From assembly GCA_030390025.1 (NCBI GenBank), contig JASTWF010000330.1, forward strand, positions 124,001 to 188,000: a stretch of 64,000 nt of DNA. The letters run 5' to 3'. The notes beneath the pieces are model-generated. The model was given only the letters and a program-made list of their open reading frames with translations. It searched no databases and was not told the origin of the DNA. Every line of letters begins with the position of its first letter. The first letter of the stretch is position 1. The DNA is from Squalus acanthias. Lineage: Eukaryota. Positions 48,301 through 61,440 of the stretch are shown in pieces. Made by a program: the position numbers and the translations under genes.

Positions 48301-50935
48301 ATCCTCTCCCCCTGAACACCAGGGGAATCCCCTCCCCCTTAACACCAGGGAATCCCCTCCCCCTTAACACCAGAGGAATACCCTCCCCCTTAACACCAGG
48401 GGAATCCCCTCCCCCTTAACACCAGGGAATCCCCTCCCCCTTAACACCAGAGGAATACCCTCCCCCTTAACACCAGGGGAATACCCTCCCCCTTAACACC
48501 AGGGAATACCCTCCCCCTTAACACCATGGGAATACCCTCCCCCTTAACACCAGGGAATACCCTCCCCCTTAACACCAGGGAATACCCTCCCCCTTAACAC
48601 CAGGGGAATACCCTCCCCCTTAACACCAGGGGAATACCCTCCCCCTTAACACCAGGGAATACCCTCCCCCTTAACACCATGGGAATACCCTCCCCCTTAA
48701 CACCATGGGAATACCCTCCCTCTGAACACCAGGGGAATACCCACCCTCTGAACACCATGAGAATACCCCCCCCCTTAACACCAGGGGAATACCCTCCCTC
48801 TGAACACCATGGGAATACCCTCCCTCTGAACACCAGGGGAATACCCTCCCCCTTAACACCAGGGGAATACCCTCCCCCTGAACACCATGGGAATACCCTC
48901 CCCCTGAACACCAGGGGAATACCCACCCCCTGAACACCAGGGGAATACCCTCCCTCTGAACACCAGGGGAATACCCTCCCCCTGAACACCATGGGAATAC
49001 CCTCCCCCTGAACACCATGGGAAAACCCACCCCCTGAACACCAGGGAATACCCTCCCCCTGAACACCAGGGGAATACCCTCCCCCTTAACACCAGGGGAA
49101 TACCCTCCCCCTTAACACCATGGGAATACCCTCCCCCTGAACACCAGGGGAATACCCACCCCCTTAACACCATGGGAATACCCACCCCCTTAACACCATG
49201 GGAATACCCTCCCCCTTAACACCAGGGGAATACCCTCCCTCTGAACACCAGGGGAATACCCTCCCCCTGAACACCATGGGAATACCCTCCCCCTTAACAC
49301 CAGGGGAATACCCTCCGCCTTAACACCAGGGGAATCCCCTCCCCCTTAACACCATGGGAATACCCTCCCCCTTAACACCATGGGAATACCCTCCCCCTTA
49401 ACACCAGGGGAATACCCTCCGCCTTAACACCAGAGGAGTCCCCTCCCCTTAAAACCAGAGGAATCCCCTCCCCCTTAACACCAGGGAATCCCCTCCCCTT
49501 AACACCAGAGGAATCCCCTCCCCTTAACACCAGGGGAATCCCCTCCCCTTAACACCAGGGAATCCCCTCCCCTTAACACCAGAGGAATCCCCTCCCCTTA
49601 ACACCAGGGGAATCCCCTCCCCTTAACACCAGGGAATCCCCTCCCCTTAACACCAGGGAATCCCCTCCCCTTAACACCAGGGAATCCCCTCCCCTTAACA
49701 CCAGAGGAATCCCCTCCCCTTAACACCAGGGATTCCCCTCCCCTTAACACCAGAGGAATCCCCTCCCCTTAACACCAGGGATTCCCCTCCCCTTAAAACC
49801 AGAGGAATCCCCTCCCCTTAACACCAGAGGAATCCCCTCCCCTTAACACCAGAGGAATCCCCTCCCCTTAACACCAGAGGAATCCCCTCCCCTTAACACC
49901 AGAGGTCTCCCCTCACCTTAACACCAGAGGAATCCCCTCCCCTTAACACCAGGGGACTCCCTCCCCTTAACACCAGGGGAATCCCCTCCCCTTAACACCA
50001 GGGGAATCCCCTCCCCTTAACACCAGGGGTCTCCCCTCCCCTTAACACCAGGGAATCACCTCCCCTTAACACCAGGGGTCTCCCCTCCCCTTAACACCAG
50101 AGGAATCCCCTCCCCTTAACACCAGGGACTCCCCTCCCCTTAACATCAGAGTAATCCCCTCCCCTTAACACTAGGGACTCCCCTCCCCTTAACACCAGGG
50201 AATCACCTCCCCTTAACACCAGGGGAATCCCCTCCCCTTAACACCAGGGGTCTCCCCTCCCCTTAACACCAGGGAATCACCTCCCCTTAACACCAGGGAC
50301 TCCCCTCCCCTTAACACCAGGGGAATCCCCTCCCCTTAACACCAGGGACTCCCCTCCCCTTAACACCAGGGACTCCCCTCCCCTTAACACAAGGACTCCC
50401 CTCCCCTTAACACCAGGGAATCCCCTCCCCTTAACACCAGGGAATCCCCTCCCCTTAACACCAGGGGAATCCCCTCCCCTTAACACCAGAGGACTCCCCT
50501 CCCCTTAACACCTGGGGACTCCCCTCCCCTTAACACCAGGGGAATCCCCTCCCCTTAACACCAGAGGAATCCCCTCCCCTTAACACCAGAGGAATCCCCT
50601 CCCATTAACACCAGAGGAATCCCCTCCCCTTAACACCAGGGGAATACCCTCCCCTTAACACCAGGGGACTCTGCTCCCCTTAACACCAGGGGACTCTCCT
50701 CCCCTTAACATCAGGGGACTCTCCTCCCCTTAACACCAGAGGAATCCCCGCCCCTTAACACCAGAGGAATCCCCTCCCCTTAACACCAGAGGAATCCCCT
50801 CCCATTAACACCAGGGAATACCCTCCCCTCCACACCAGGGGACACCACTCCCCTTAACACCAGGAGACTCCCCTCCCCTTAACACCAGGGGTCTCCCCTC
50901 CCCTTAACACCAGAGGAATCCCCTCCCCTTAACAG
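33380..50935 (+). repeat. ~17.5-kb 26-bp satellite (aacaccaggggaataccctccccctt)n; 24-25-bp variant from ~49430
   Basis: Direct tandem units, about 670 by length/unit. Confidence 0.99.
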
Positions 50936-51007
50936 CAGAGAGAGACAGAAAGAGAGAGAGAGAGAGACACAGAGAGACACACAGGGGAATCCCCTCCCCT
51001 TTAAAGC

Positions 51008-53900
51008 CAACTGGGGAATGATCAATCAATGCTAACTGGGAATGATCAATCAATACTAACTGGGAATGATCAATCAATGCTAACTGGGAATGATCAATCA
51101 ATACTAACTGGGAATGATCAATCAATACTAACTGGGAATGATCAATCAATACTTACTGGGGAATGATCAATCAATACTAACTGGGGAATGATCAATCAAT
51201 ACTAACTGGGGAATGATCAATCAATACTAACTGGGGAATGATCAATCAATACTAACTGGGAATGATCAATCAATGCTAACTGGGAATGATCAATCAATAC
51301 TAACTGGGGAAAGTCAATCAATACTAACTGGGAATGATCAATCAATACTAACTGGGAATGATCAATCAATACTAACTGGGAATGATCAATCATTACTAAC
51401 TGGGAATGATCAATCAATACTAGCTGGGAATGATCAATCAATACTAACTGGGGAATGATCAATCATTACTAACTGGGAATGATCAATCAATACTAACTGG
51501 GAATGATCAATGAATACTAACTGGGGAATGATCAATCAATACTAACTGGGGAATGATCAATCAATACTAACTGGGGAATGATCAATCAATACTAACTGGG
51601 GAATGATCAATCAATGCTAACTGGGAATGATCAATCAATACTAACTGGGGAATGATCAATCAATACTAACTGGGAATGCTCAATCAATACTAACTGGGGA
51701 ATGATCAATCAATACTAACTGGGGAATGATCAATCAATACTAACTGGGGAATGATCAATCAATGCTACCTGGGAATGATCAATCAATACTACTAACTGGG
51801 AATGAACAATCAATACTAACTGGGGAATGATCAATCAATACTAACTGGGGAATGATCAATCAATACTAACTGGGGGAATGATCAATCAATGCTAACTGGG
51901 AATGATCAATCAATACTAACCTGGGGAATGATCATTCAATACTAACTGGGAATGATCAATCAATACTAACTGGGGAATGATCAATCAATACTAACTGGGA
52001 ATGATCAATCAATACTAACAGGGAATGATCAATCAATACTAACTGGGGAATGATCAATCAATACTAACTGGGAATGGATCAATCAATACTAACTGGGAAT
52101 GATCAATCAATACTAACTGGGGAATGATCAATCAATACTAACTGGGGAATGATCAATCAATGCAAACCTGGGGAATCGATCAATCAATACTAACTTGGGA
52201 ATGATCAATCAATACTAACTGGGAATGATCAATCAATACTAACTGGGAATGATCAATCATACTAACTGGGAATGATCAATCAATACTAATTGGGAATGAT
52301 CAATCAATACTAACTGGGGAATGATCAATCAATACTAACTGGGAATGATCAATCAATACTAACTGGGGGATGATCAATCAATACTAACTGGGGATGATCC
52401 AATCAATACTAACTGGGGAATGATCAATCAATACTAACTGGGAATGATCAATCAATACTAACTGGGGAATGATCAATCAATACTAACTGGGAATGATCAA
52501 TCAATACTAACTGGGAATGATCAATCAATACTAACTGGGAATGATCAATCAATGCTAACTGGGAATGATCAATCAATACTGACTGGGGAATGATCAATCA
52601 ATACTAACTGGGAATGATCAATCAATACTAACTGGGAATGATCAATCAATACTAACTGGGAATGATCAATCAATACTAACTGGGAATGATCAATCAATAC
52701 TAACTGGGAATGATCAATCAATAACTAACTGGGAATGATCAATCAATACTAACTGGGAATGATCAATCAATACTAACTGGGAATGATCAATCAATACTAA
52801 CTGGGAATGATCAATCAATAATAACTGGGAATGATCAATCAATGCTAACTGGGGAATGATCAATCAATACTAACTGGGAATGATCAATCAATACTAACTG
52901 GGGAATGATCAATCAATACTAACTGGGAATGATCAATCAATACTAACTGGGAATGATCAATCAATACTAACTGGGAATGATCAATCAATACTAACTGGGG
53001 AATGATCAATCAATACTAACTGGGGAATGATCAATCAGTACTAACTGGGAATGATCAATCAATAATAACTGGGGAATGATCAATCAATACTAACTGGGGA
53101 ATGATCAGTCAATGCTAACTGGGAATGATCAATCAATACTAACTGGGAATGATCAATCAATACTAACTGGGAATGATCAATCAATGCTAACTGGGAATGA
53201 TCAATCAATACTAACTGGGGAATGATCAATCAATACTAACTGGGGAATGATCAATCAGTACTAACTGGGAATGATCAATCAATAATAACTGGGGAATGAT
53301 CAATCAATACTAACTGGGGAATGATCAGTCAATGCTAACTGGGAATGATCAATCAATACTAACTGGGAATGATCAATCAATACTAACTGGGAATGATCAA
53401 TCAATGCTAACTGGGGAATGATCAATCAATACTAACTGGGGATGATCAATCAATACTAACTGGGGAATGATCAATCAATACTAACTGGGAATGATCAATC
53501 AATACTAACTGGGGAATGATCAATCAATACTAACTGGGAATGATCTATCAGTACTAACTGGGGAATGATCAATCAATACTAACTGGGAATGATCAATCAA
53601 TACTAACTGGGAATGATCAATCAATACTAACTGGGGAATGATCAATCAATACTAACTGGGAATGATCTATCAGTACTAACTGGGGAATGATCAATCAATA
53701 CTAACTGGGAATGATCAATCAATACTAACTGGGGAATGATCAATCAATACTAACTGGGAAATGATCAATCAATACTTACTGGGGAATGATCAATCAATAC
53801 TAACTGGGGAAAGTCAATCAATACTAACTGGGGAATGATCAATCAATACTAACTGGGAATGATCAATCAATACTAACTGGGGAATGATCGATCAATGCTA
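51008..53900 (+). repeat. 24/25-bp minisatellite (taactgggaatgatcaatcaatac)n
   Basis: Direct tandem units, about 120 by length/unit. Confidence 0.99.
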
Positions 53901-54328
53901 CACGGTGGCATAGTGGTTAGCACTGGTGCCTCACAGCGCCAGGGACCCGGGTTCGAATCTGACCTCGGGTGACTGTCTGTGTGGAGTTTGCACATTCTCC
54001 CCGTGTCTGCGTGGGTTTCCTCCGGGTGCTCCGGTTTCCTCCCACAGTCCAAAAATGTGCGGGTTAGGTTGATTTGGCTATGATAAATTGACCCTTAGTG
54101 TTAGGGGGGAATTAAATATGTGGGGTTATGGGGATAGGATGGGATATGTTAGGGGGAATTAAATACGTGGGGTTACGGAGATAGGGTGGGATATGTGTAC
54201 TGTGGGGATTAAAAGCAGGGACAGGGTACTGGATTTGGATGATCAGCCATGATCGTATTGAATGGTGGAGCAGGCTCGACGGGCCGAATGGCCTACTCCT
54301 GCTCCTAGTTTCTATGTTTCTATGTTTC
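53901..54328 (+). mobile_element. tRNA-derived V-SINE (HE1-like), near full length
   Basis: A box, B box, V-domain, CR1 tail and (tttctatg)n; very similar to 628-1039. Confidence 0.92.
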
Positions 54329-54408
54329 TAACTGGCGATGTTCTATCAATGCCGGCCTTGCCCAGTGACGCTCATACCCCGGGAATGAATGTAGAATAAA
54401 TCCCTCAC

Positions 54409-54524
54409 CTGCCGGAGATAGGCTTCCTTTTTCTCGGGGGTGTCCAGATTGCTTTTTCCGACGTACATCACCTGTACCTCGGCACTGACCTTCTCGCACT
54501 CCTCGTCCGTCAAATGCAGCACAC
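54409..54524 (-). CDS. Gene B penultimate exon, phase 1-0: (G)VLHLTDEECEKVSAEVQVMYVGKSNLDTPEKKEAYLRQ
   Basis: Acceptor cctgtcctctcaatattccag, consensus donor CAG|gtgagg, 116 bp open frame. Confidence 0.82.
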
Positions 54525-54999
54525 CTGGAATATTGAGAGGACAGGTATTCAGCCTCACCGCACCACCCCCTGAGCAGAGTTAGAGGCGGCAATATCACCC
54601 GGGTACAGGGGGCAGAGGAAGGGTGTTTGGGGAGGGGGAATCGCGGAGCACCAGACCAATCGAGGGCCTTTGTTAGACATCCTGGAGATGCATGTTGTAC
54701 ATCTTGGGGAGTTAATAGATTAACAGTCGAACTTCTTTGTATCTTTAAGCAGCAGGTTTGACGATATAAACAGGATGACTTTGAAGTGTCGTGAGGAGAA
54801 GGCATTGCTTGTACTCCGAATTGTAAAGTGCTTGTGTAAGGGAATGAGTGGTAGTAATGACGTCACCCAGGAGTGGTTTAGCTTTAGGGTAATAAAGCAG
54901 TGGCAGCGAGTCGTTTAGCTACAGGTAACAGCAGGTAAAGGAAGTCTTGTTCAAGGGAAGTGGTTCCGAGGTAAACAATTGCAATTGCCAGTCTGTAAG

Positions 55000-55530
55000 G
55001 GGGACCCCGAGCTTCCGGTCGCCTGCCACTTTAATTCTCCGCTCCACTACCACTCAGACCTCACCGTCCTCGGCCTATTACATTGTTCCACAGAAGCTCA
55101 GCGTAAGCTCGAGGAACAGCACCTCATCTTTCGATTAGGCACTTTATAACCTTCTGGACTCAATATCGAGTTCAATAATTTCAGAACATAACCTCGGCCC
55201 CTATCATATATATATTTTTTATCCACATCTTTTGTTTGTGTCTTTTCTTCTCTCCCACATGGCAGCTGTCATTCATTCTGCCAGCGCAATTTACACTTCA
55301 TCTAGAGCCATCCTTTGTTTCTTAACCTGTCCCATTACCATCTCCTTTTACTTTGAATATCTCTTCATGTCTCTTAACCTCTCCTGCCTTCTATCCTTTC
55401 ATTCCCCTTCCCCCCTTTCTCAGCCCCTGCACTTGCTTAAAAAATCTGTTCCAGTTCCTGCTTTTTTCCAGTTCTGACGAAAGGTCATCGACCTGAAACG
55501 TTAACTCTGTTTCGCTCTTCACAGATGCTG
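55000..55530 (+). mobile_element. Penelope element 3' end: GIY-YIG endonuclease C-terminus plus pLTR
   Basis: PELPVACHFNS..HSDLTVLGL..RKLEEQHLIFRLGTL*PSGLNIEF followed by a hammerhead motif. Confidence 0.88.
55469..55507 (+). ncRNA. Minimal type-I hammerhead ribozyme motif
   Basis: aguu CUGACGA a agguc-auc-gaccu GAAA cg UU aacu; palindromic AACGUU at stem III. Confidence 0.75.
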
Positions 55531-55534
55531 AGTA

Positions 55535-55815
55535 TCTCCTGACTGACCTATTTGAACACCATCTACACATTTGATTGCCGTGATAATCTCTCTGCCGAGG
55601 TGTGATAAAGGGCAGTTGGAAAGATTAACTGTAATCATCTGGCAATGTTCTCTGACTATATATGCTGTGACTATATGCATCTCTTCAATTCACCTGACGA
55701 AGGAGCAGCGCTCCGAAAGTTTGTGATTTCAAATAAAGCTGTTGGACTATAACCTGGTGTTGTGCGACTTCTCACATTTATCCACCCCAGTTCAACACCG
55801 GCATCTCTGCATCAT
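55535..55815 (+). mobile_element. Penelope-like non-autonomous element (family A) with hammerhead motif at 55689-55726
   Basis: Homologous to 31565-32761; ucac CUGACGA a ggagc..gcucc GAAA gu UU guga. Confidence 0.8.
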
Positions 55816-56566
55816 GAGTATCTCCAGGAATTTATCTGTTTTTATGAAATAATTGCAAACTGTTTACATAGATAATCGGTTTTCAGAGGATTTGGGAAAT
55901 AGATACGTCATGTTGACATTTTTCCTTTGATGTACTCAAAATATGGTGTATAAAGGAGCACAGTTTTCAGCAGTATCTCAGATCGTATTCAAAAGATGCG
56001 GAAACCGGGAAAGTCACTCTCTGTATACAGTTAAAGACCGATCATCTTTACTGTGTATCAATAAAGTCTGTTCTGTATACTCTGCTATGAAATATCATGC
56101 TTACTCGAAACGTATTATGTGAACCAGAGAAGGAAGGAGGTTGCTTAACTGCATTCTGCTCTGGGGGGCTGCATCAGGCCACGGGGGTCCAGGAGGACAA
56201 ACCCCGGCCCGAACCGGTCCGACCCCTGCTTTCATTAACCCCCCAAAACCCACTGTGGGTGGAGAATGCTGCCCCACACCTGTACCTACACATGGCGATT
56301 GGGGAGGGGGCAATAAATAAGGACCCCGGTCATGTCACCTGATCCCCGAGAGCCAATACAACCACAGTACAGGGGAGGGTGTTTTCCCGGTTCATGGTGG
56401 GAGAGACTTGTCCTGTTAAATTGGCCCGAGCAGTCAGCTTGTAATACAGGGTATTTGGGAGGCCCAATCACTGAGTGTTTGAGGATTATGTCAGGGACTG
56501 AACGTTTCTGGCCTTGGAGCCTGGAAGAGTCTGATTGGATCGTTCCTACCAGAGGTCGACTGATAC

Positions 56567-56656
56567 CTGGCCTTGAATGTCCCGTCTCTGATGGTTTGCA
56601 GTCAGCGCCTGATGTCGACGGTCCCTTGGCACCGGGACTTGTCCTCTTCCCTGGAC
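56567..56656 (-). CDS. Gene B exon, 90 bp, phase 1-1: (G)PGKRTSPGAKGPSTSGADCKPSETGHSRP
   Basis: Acceptor ctgtttatttgttgcag, donor CAG|gtatca. Sits at the satellite edge like gene A exon 8571-8633. Confidence 0.72.
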
Positions 56657-59600
56657 CTGCAACAAATAAACAGCCGTATGGAAACTGGAGGATGGAGAAA
56701 TAGGCCTGGGTCAAAGGGCTTTATAAAAGCCATGATTTTCCAATTCAGCATCACACTCCATCAGTCACTACATTCCACACCCCTCAGCCACTGCATCCCA
56801 CGCCCCTCAGTCACTGCATCCCACTCCGCTCAGTCACTGCATCCCACTCCCCTCAGTCACTGCATCCCACTCCCCTCACTCACTGCATCCCACTCCCCTC
56901 AGTCACTGCATCCCACTCCCCTCAGTCACTGCATCACACTCCCCTCAGTCACTACATCCCACTCCCCTCAGTCACTGCATCCCACTCCCCTCAGTCACTG
57001 CATCCCACTCCCCTCAGTCACTGCATCACACTCCCCTCAGTCACTGCATCACACTCCCCTCAGTCACTGCATCCCATTCCCCTCACTCACTGCATCAAAT
57101 TCCCCTCACTCACTGCATCCCACTCCCCTCAGTCACTACTTCCCACTCCCCTCAGTCACTACATCCCACTCCCCTCAGTCACTGCATCCCACTCCCCTCA
57201 GTCACTGCTTCCCACCTCCTCAGTCACTGCATCCCACTCCCCTCAGTCACTGCATCCCACTCCCCTCAGTCACTGCATCCCACTCCCCTCAGTCACTGCT
57301 TCCCACTCCCTCAGTCACTGCATCCCACTCCCCTCAGTCACTGCATCCCACTCCCCTCAGTCACTGCATCCCACTCCCCTCAGTCACTACACCCCACTCC
57401 CCTCAGTCACTGCATCCCACTCCCCTCAGTCACTGCATCCCACCCTCCTTAGTCACACCACACCCCTCAGTCACTACACCCCGCTCCCCTCAGTCACCAC
57501 ACCCCGCTCCCCTCAGTCACCACACCCCGCTCCCCTCAGTCACCACACCCCGCTCCCCTCAGTCACCACACCCCGCTCCCCTCAGTCACCACACCCCGCT
57601 CCCCTCAGTCACCACACCCCGCTCCCCTCAGTCACCACACCCCGCTCCCCTCAGTCACCACACCCCGCTCCCCTCAGTCACCACACCCGCTCCCCTCAGT
57701 CACCACACCCCGCTCCCCTCAGTCACCACACCCCGCTCCCCTCAGTCACCACACCCCGCTCCCCTCAGTCACCACACCCCGCTCCCCTCAGTCACCACAC
57801 CCCGCTCCCCTCAGTCACCACACCCCGCTCCCCTCAGTCACCACACCCCGCTCCCCTCAGTCACCACACCCCGCTCCCCTCAGTCACCACACCCCGCTCC
57901 CCTCAGTCACCACACCCCGCTCCCCTCAGTCACCACACCCCGCACTCTCAGTGACCTCACCCCATCCCCTCAGTCACCACACCCCGCTCCCCTCAGTCAC
58001 CACACCCCGCTCCCCTCAGTCACACCGCTCCCCTCAGTCACCACACCCCGCTCCCCTCAGTCACCACACCCCGCTCCCCTCAGTCACCACACCCCGCTCC
58101 CCTCAGTCACACACCCCGCTCCCCTCAGTCACCACACCCCGCTCCCCTCAGTCACCACACCCCGCTCCCCTCAGTCACCACACCCCGCTCCCCTCAGTCA
58201 CCGCACCCCGCTCCCCTCAGTCACACCGCTCCCCTCAGTCACCTCACCCCGCTCCCCTCAGTCACCACACCCCGCTCCCTCAGTCACCCCCGCTCCCCTC
58301 AGTCACCCCGCTCCCCTCAGTCCACTACACCCCGCTCCCCTCAGTCACTAACCCCGCTCCCCTCAGTCACCCCGCTCCCCTCACTCACCACACCCCGCTC
58401 CCCTCAGTCACACCGCTCCCCTCAGTCACCCCCGCTCCGCTCTCATCACCACACCCGCTCCCCTCAGTCACCCCGCTCCGCTCAATCACCACACCCCGCT
58501 CCCCTCAGTCACCACACCCCGCTCCCTCCAGTCACCACACCCCGCTCCCCTCAGTCACCACACCCGCTCCCCTCAGTCACACACCCCCGCTCCCCTCAGT
58601 CACCACACCCCGCTCCCCTCAGTCACACCACACCCCTCGTCACCACACCCCGCTCCCCTCAGTCACCACACCCCGCTCCCCTCAGTCACGCACCACGCTC
58701 CCCTCAGTCACCGCACCCCGCTCCCCTCAGTCACCGCACCCCGCTCCCCTCAGTCACCACACCCCGCTCCCCTCAGTCACCACACCCCGCTCCCCTCAGT
58801 CACCACACCCCGCTCCCCTCAGTCACCGACACCCGCTACCCTCAGTCACCCCGCTCCCCCTCAGTCAACCACACCCCGCTCCCCTCAATCACCACACCCC
58901 GCTCCCCTCAGTCACCACACCCCGCTCCCCTCAGTCACCACACCCCGCTCCCCTCAATCACCACACCCCGCTCCCCTCAGTCACCACACCCCGCTCCCCT
59001 CAGTCACCACATTCCGCTCCCCTCAGTCACACCGCTCCCCTCAGTCACTACACCCCGCTCCACTCAGTCACCACACCCCGCTCCCCTCAGTCACCACACC
59101 CCGCTCCCCTCAGTCACCGCACCCCGCTCCCCTCAGTCACCTCACCCCGCTCCCCTCAGTCACCTCACCCCGCTCCCCTCAGTCACCACACCCCGCTCCC
59201 CTCAGTCACCACACCCCGCTCCCCTCAGTCACCACACCCCGCTCCCCTCAGTCACCACACCCCGCTCCCCTCAGTCACACCGCTCCCCTCAGTCACCACA
59301 CCTCGCTCCCCTCAGTCACCGCACCCCGCTCCCCTCAGTCACCTCACCCCGCTCCCCTCAGTCACCACACCCCGCTCCCCTCAGTCACCACACCCCGCTC
59401 CTCTCAGTCACCACACCCCACTCCTCTCAGTCACCACACCCCGCTCCCCTCAGTCACCGCACCCCGCTCCTCTCAGTCACCACACCCCCGCTCCCCTCAG
59501 TCACCACACCCCGCTCCCCTCAGTCACCACACCCCGCTCCCCTCAGTCACCACACCCCGCTCCCCTCAGTCACACCGCTCCCCTCAGTCACACCGCTCCC

Positions 59601-61096
59601 CTCAGTCACCACACCCGCTCCCCTCAGTCACAGCGCTCCCCTCAGTCACCACACCCCGCTCCCCTCAGTCACCACACCCCGCTCCCCTCAGTCACACCGC
59701 TCCCCTCAGTCACCTCACCCCGATCCAGTCAGTCACCCCGCTCCCCTCAGTCACCACACCCCGCTCCCCTCAGTCACACCGCTCCCCTCAGTCACACCGC
59801 TCCCCTCAGTCACAGCGCTCCCCTCAGTCACCACACCCCGCTCCCCTCAGTCACCGCACCCCGCTCCCCTCAGTCACCACACCCCGCTCCCCTCAGTCAC
59901 CACACCCCGCTCCCCTCAGTCACCACACCCCGCTCCCCTCAGTCACCACACCCCGCTCCCCTCAGTCACCGCACCCCTCTCCCCTCAGTCACCACAGCCC
60001 GCTCCCCTCAGTCACCGCACTCCGCTCCCCTCAGTCACCTCACCCCGCTCCCCTCAATCACCACAGCCCGCTCCCCTCAATCACCACACCCTGCTCCCCT
60101 CAGTCACCCCGCTCCCCTCAATCACCATACCCCGCTCCCCTCAATCACCACACCCCGCTCCCCTCAGTCACCACACCCTGCTCCCCTGAGTCACCCCGCT
60201 CCCCTCAATCAGCACACCCCGCTCCCCTCAGTCACCCTGCTCCCCTCAGTCACCCCGCTCCCCTCAGTCACCGCACCCCGCTCCCCTCAATCACCACACC
60301 CCGCTCCCCTCAGTCACCACACCCCGCTCCCCTCAGTCACCCCGCTCCCCTCAATCAGCACACCCCGCTCCCCTCAGTCACACCGCTCCCCTCAGTCACC
60401 GCACCCCGCTCCCCTCAGTCACCACACCCCGCTCCCCTCAGTCACCACTCCCCCCAGACACCTCATCACAATCTCTTCAATCAATAGATCACAATCCCTT
60501 CAGCCATTGCCGTCACTCACTTCAACAATTCCCATCAGCCACTTCATCCCATTCCCCTCCGGTAGTGCATCCCAATCCCCGAAGGTAATGCATTCCTTTC
60601 ACCTCATTCATAGCATCCCACTCCTCTAAGTAACTACATCCCAATCTCCTCAGTCATTGTATTCCATCCAGCTCAGTCTCCTCATCCCACTCCCCTCAAT
60701 CTCCGCATCCCACGCCCCTCAATCACTGCATCCCACTCACGTCAGTCTCCTCATCCCACACCCCTCAGTCTCCTTAGTCTCCTCATCACTCTTAACTCAG
60801 TTACTGCATCCTGCTCACCTCAGTCACTGCATCTCACTCCACTCAGTCTCCACACTCACTCCCCTCAGTTTCCTCATCCCACTCTCCTCAGACTCCTCAT
60901 CCCACGACCCTGAGTGTTCTCATTCCACTCTCCTTTAATATCCTCATCCAACTCCCCTCAATCTCCTCATCCCAGTCTATTCCCTCACTAAAACCCCTTC
61001 TCTCTGTAAGAGACTGGATGAATCTCATTGACTTGGCTTTTCAGGAGTGACATTGGGTGAACAGTCTGCAAAGCACGGACCCCACAAGGCAGATAC

Positions 61097-61192
61097 CTGG
61101 GCCTGCTGACCCTGCTGGGACTGTGGATGAAGGATCAGCAGATTCTTGAGTTGATTGTTCCTCGGGTTCCTGAGATTTGGATATCTCTGCAT
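61097..61192 (-). CDS. Gene B 96-bp phase 1-1 linker exon (D)AEISKSQEPEEQSTQESADPSSTVPAGSAGP
   Basis: Acceptor gactctcttccttcattaaag, donor CAG|gtatct. The exon and both intron flanks are homologous to 1880-2190. Confidence 0.8.
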
Positions 61193-61440
61193 CTTTAATG
61201 AAGGAAGAGAGTCATAGGTGTGTGCAGATTGGGGGTTACCCAAACAGGTCATCAGGCTGGTATTAGAGTACGGAGGATGTCAGACACCAGTCTTCATATA
61301 AACCATAATCATCCAATTGCACTCCTTTCAGTAACTGAATCCCAAGATCCATAGTCAAAGCATCCCATTACCCTCAGTCATTGCAACCCATTCCCCTCAG
61401 TCACTGCATCACATACCCCTCAAACACTCCAACCCACTCC

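Noticed and set aside
33367..53900. CRISPR-like or coding interpretation of the 26-bp and 24-bp arrays
   Set aside because: Units are head-to-tail without unique spacers, there are no cas genes, and the context is eukaryotic. The ORFs are repeat translations.
53901..53975. tRNA gene
   Set aside because: It is a tRNA-derived SINE head continuing into the V-domain and CR1 tail; the same applies to 965-1039 and 30958-31025.
628..54328. The two inverted HE1 SINEs as markers or ends of the inverted gene duplication
   Set aside because: They sit in non-equivalent introns and are far more similar than the paralogous exons, so they are independent young insertions.
55845..56097. Possible short LTR (TATAAA followed by AATAAA on +)
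   Set aside because: Termini and TSD could not be established.
56573..60629. 592-aa and 892-aa His/Pro/Ser-rich ORFs
   Set aside because: They are translations of the stop-poor C-rich strand of the 23-bp satellite, antisense to gene B's spliced exons, and all three frames give the same peptide.
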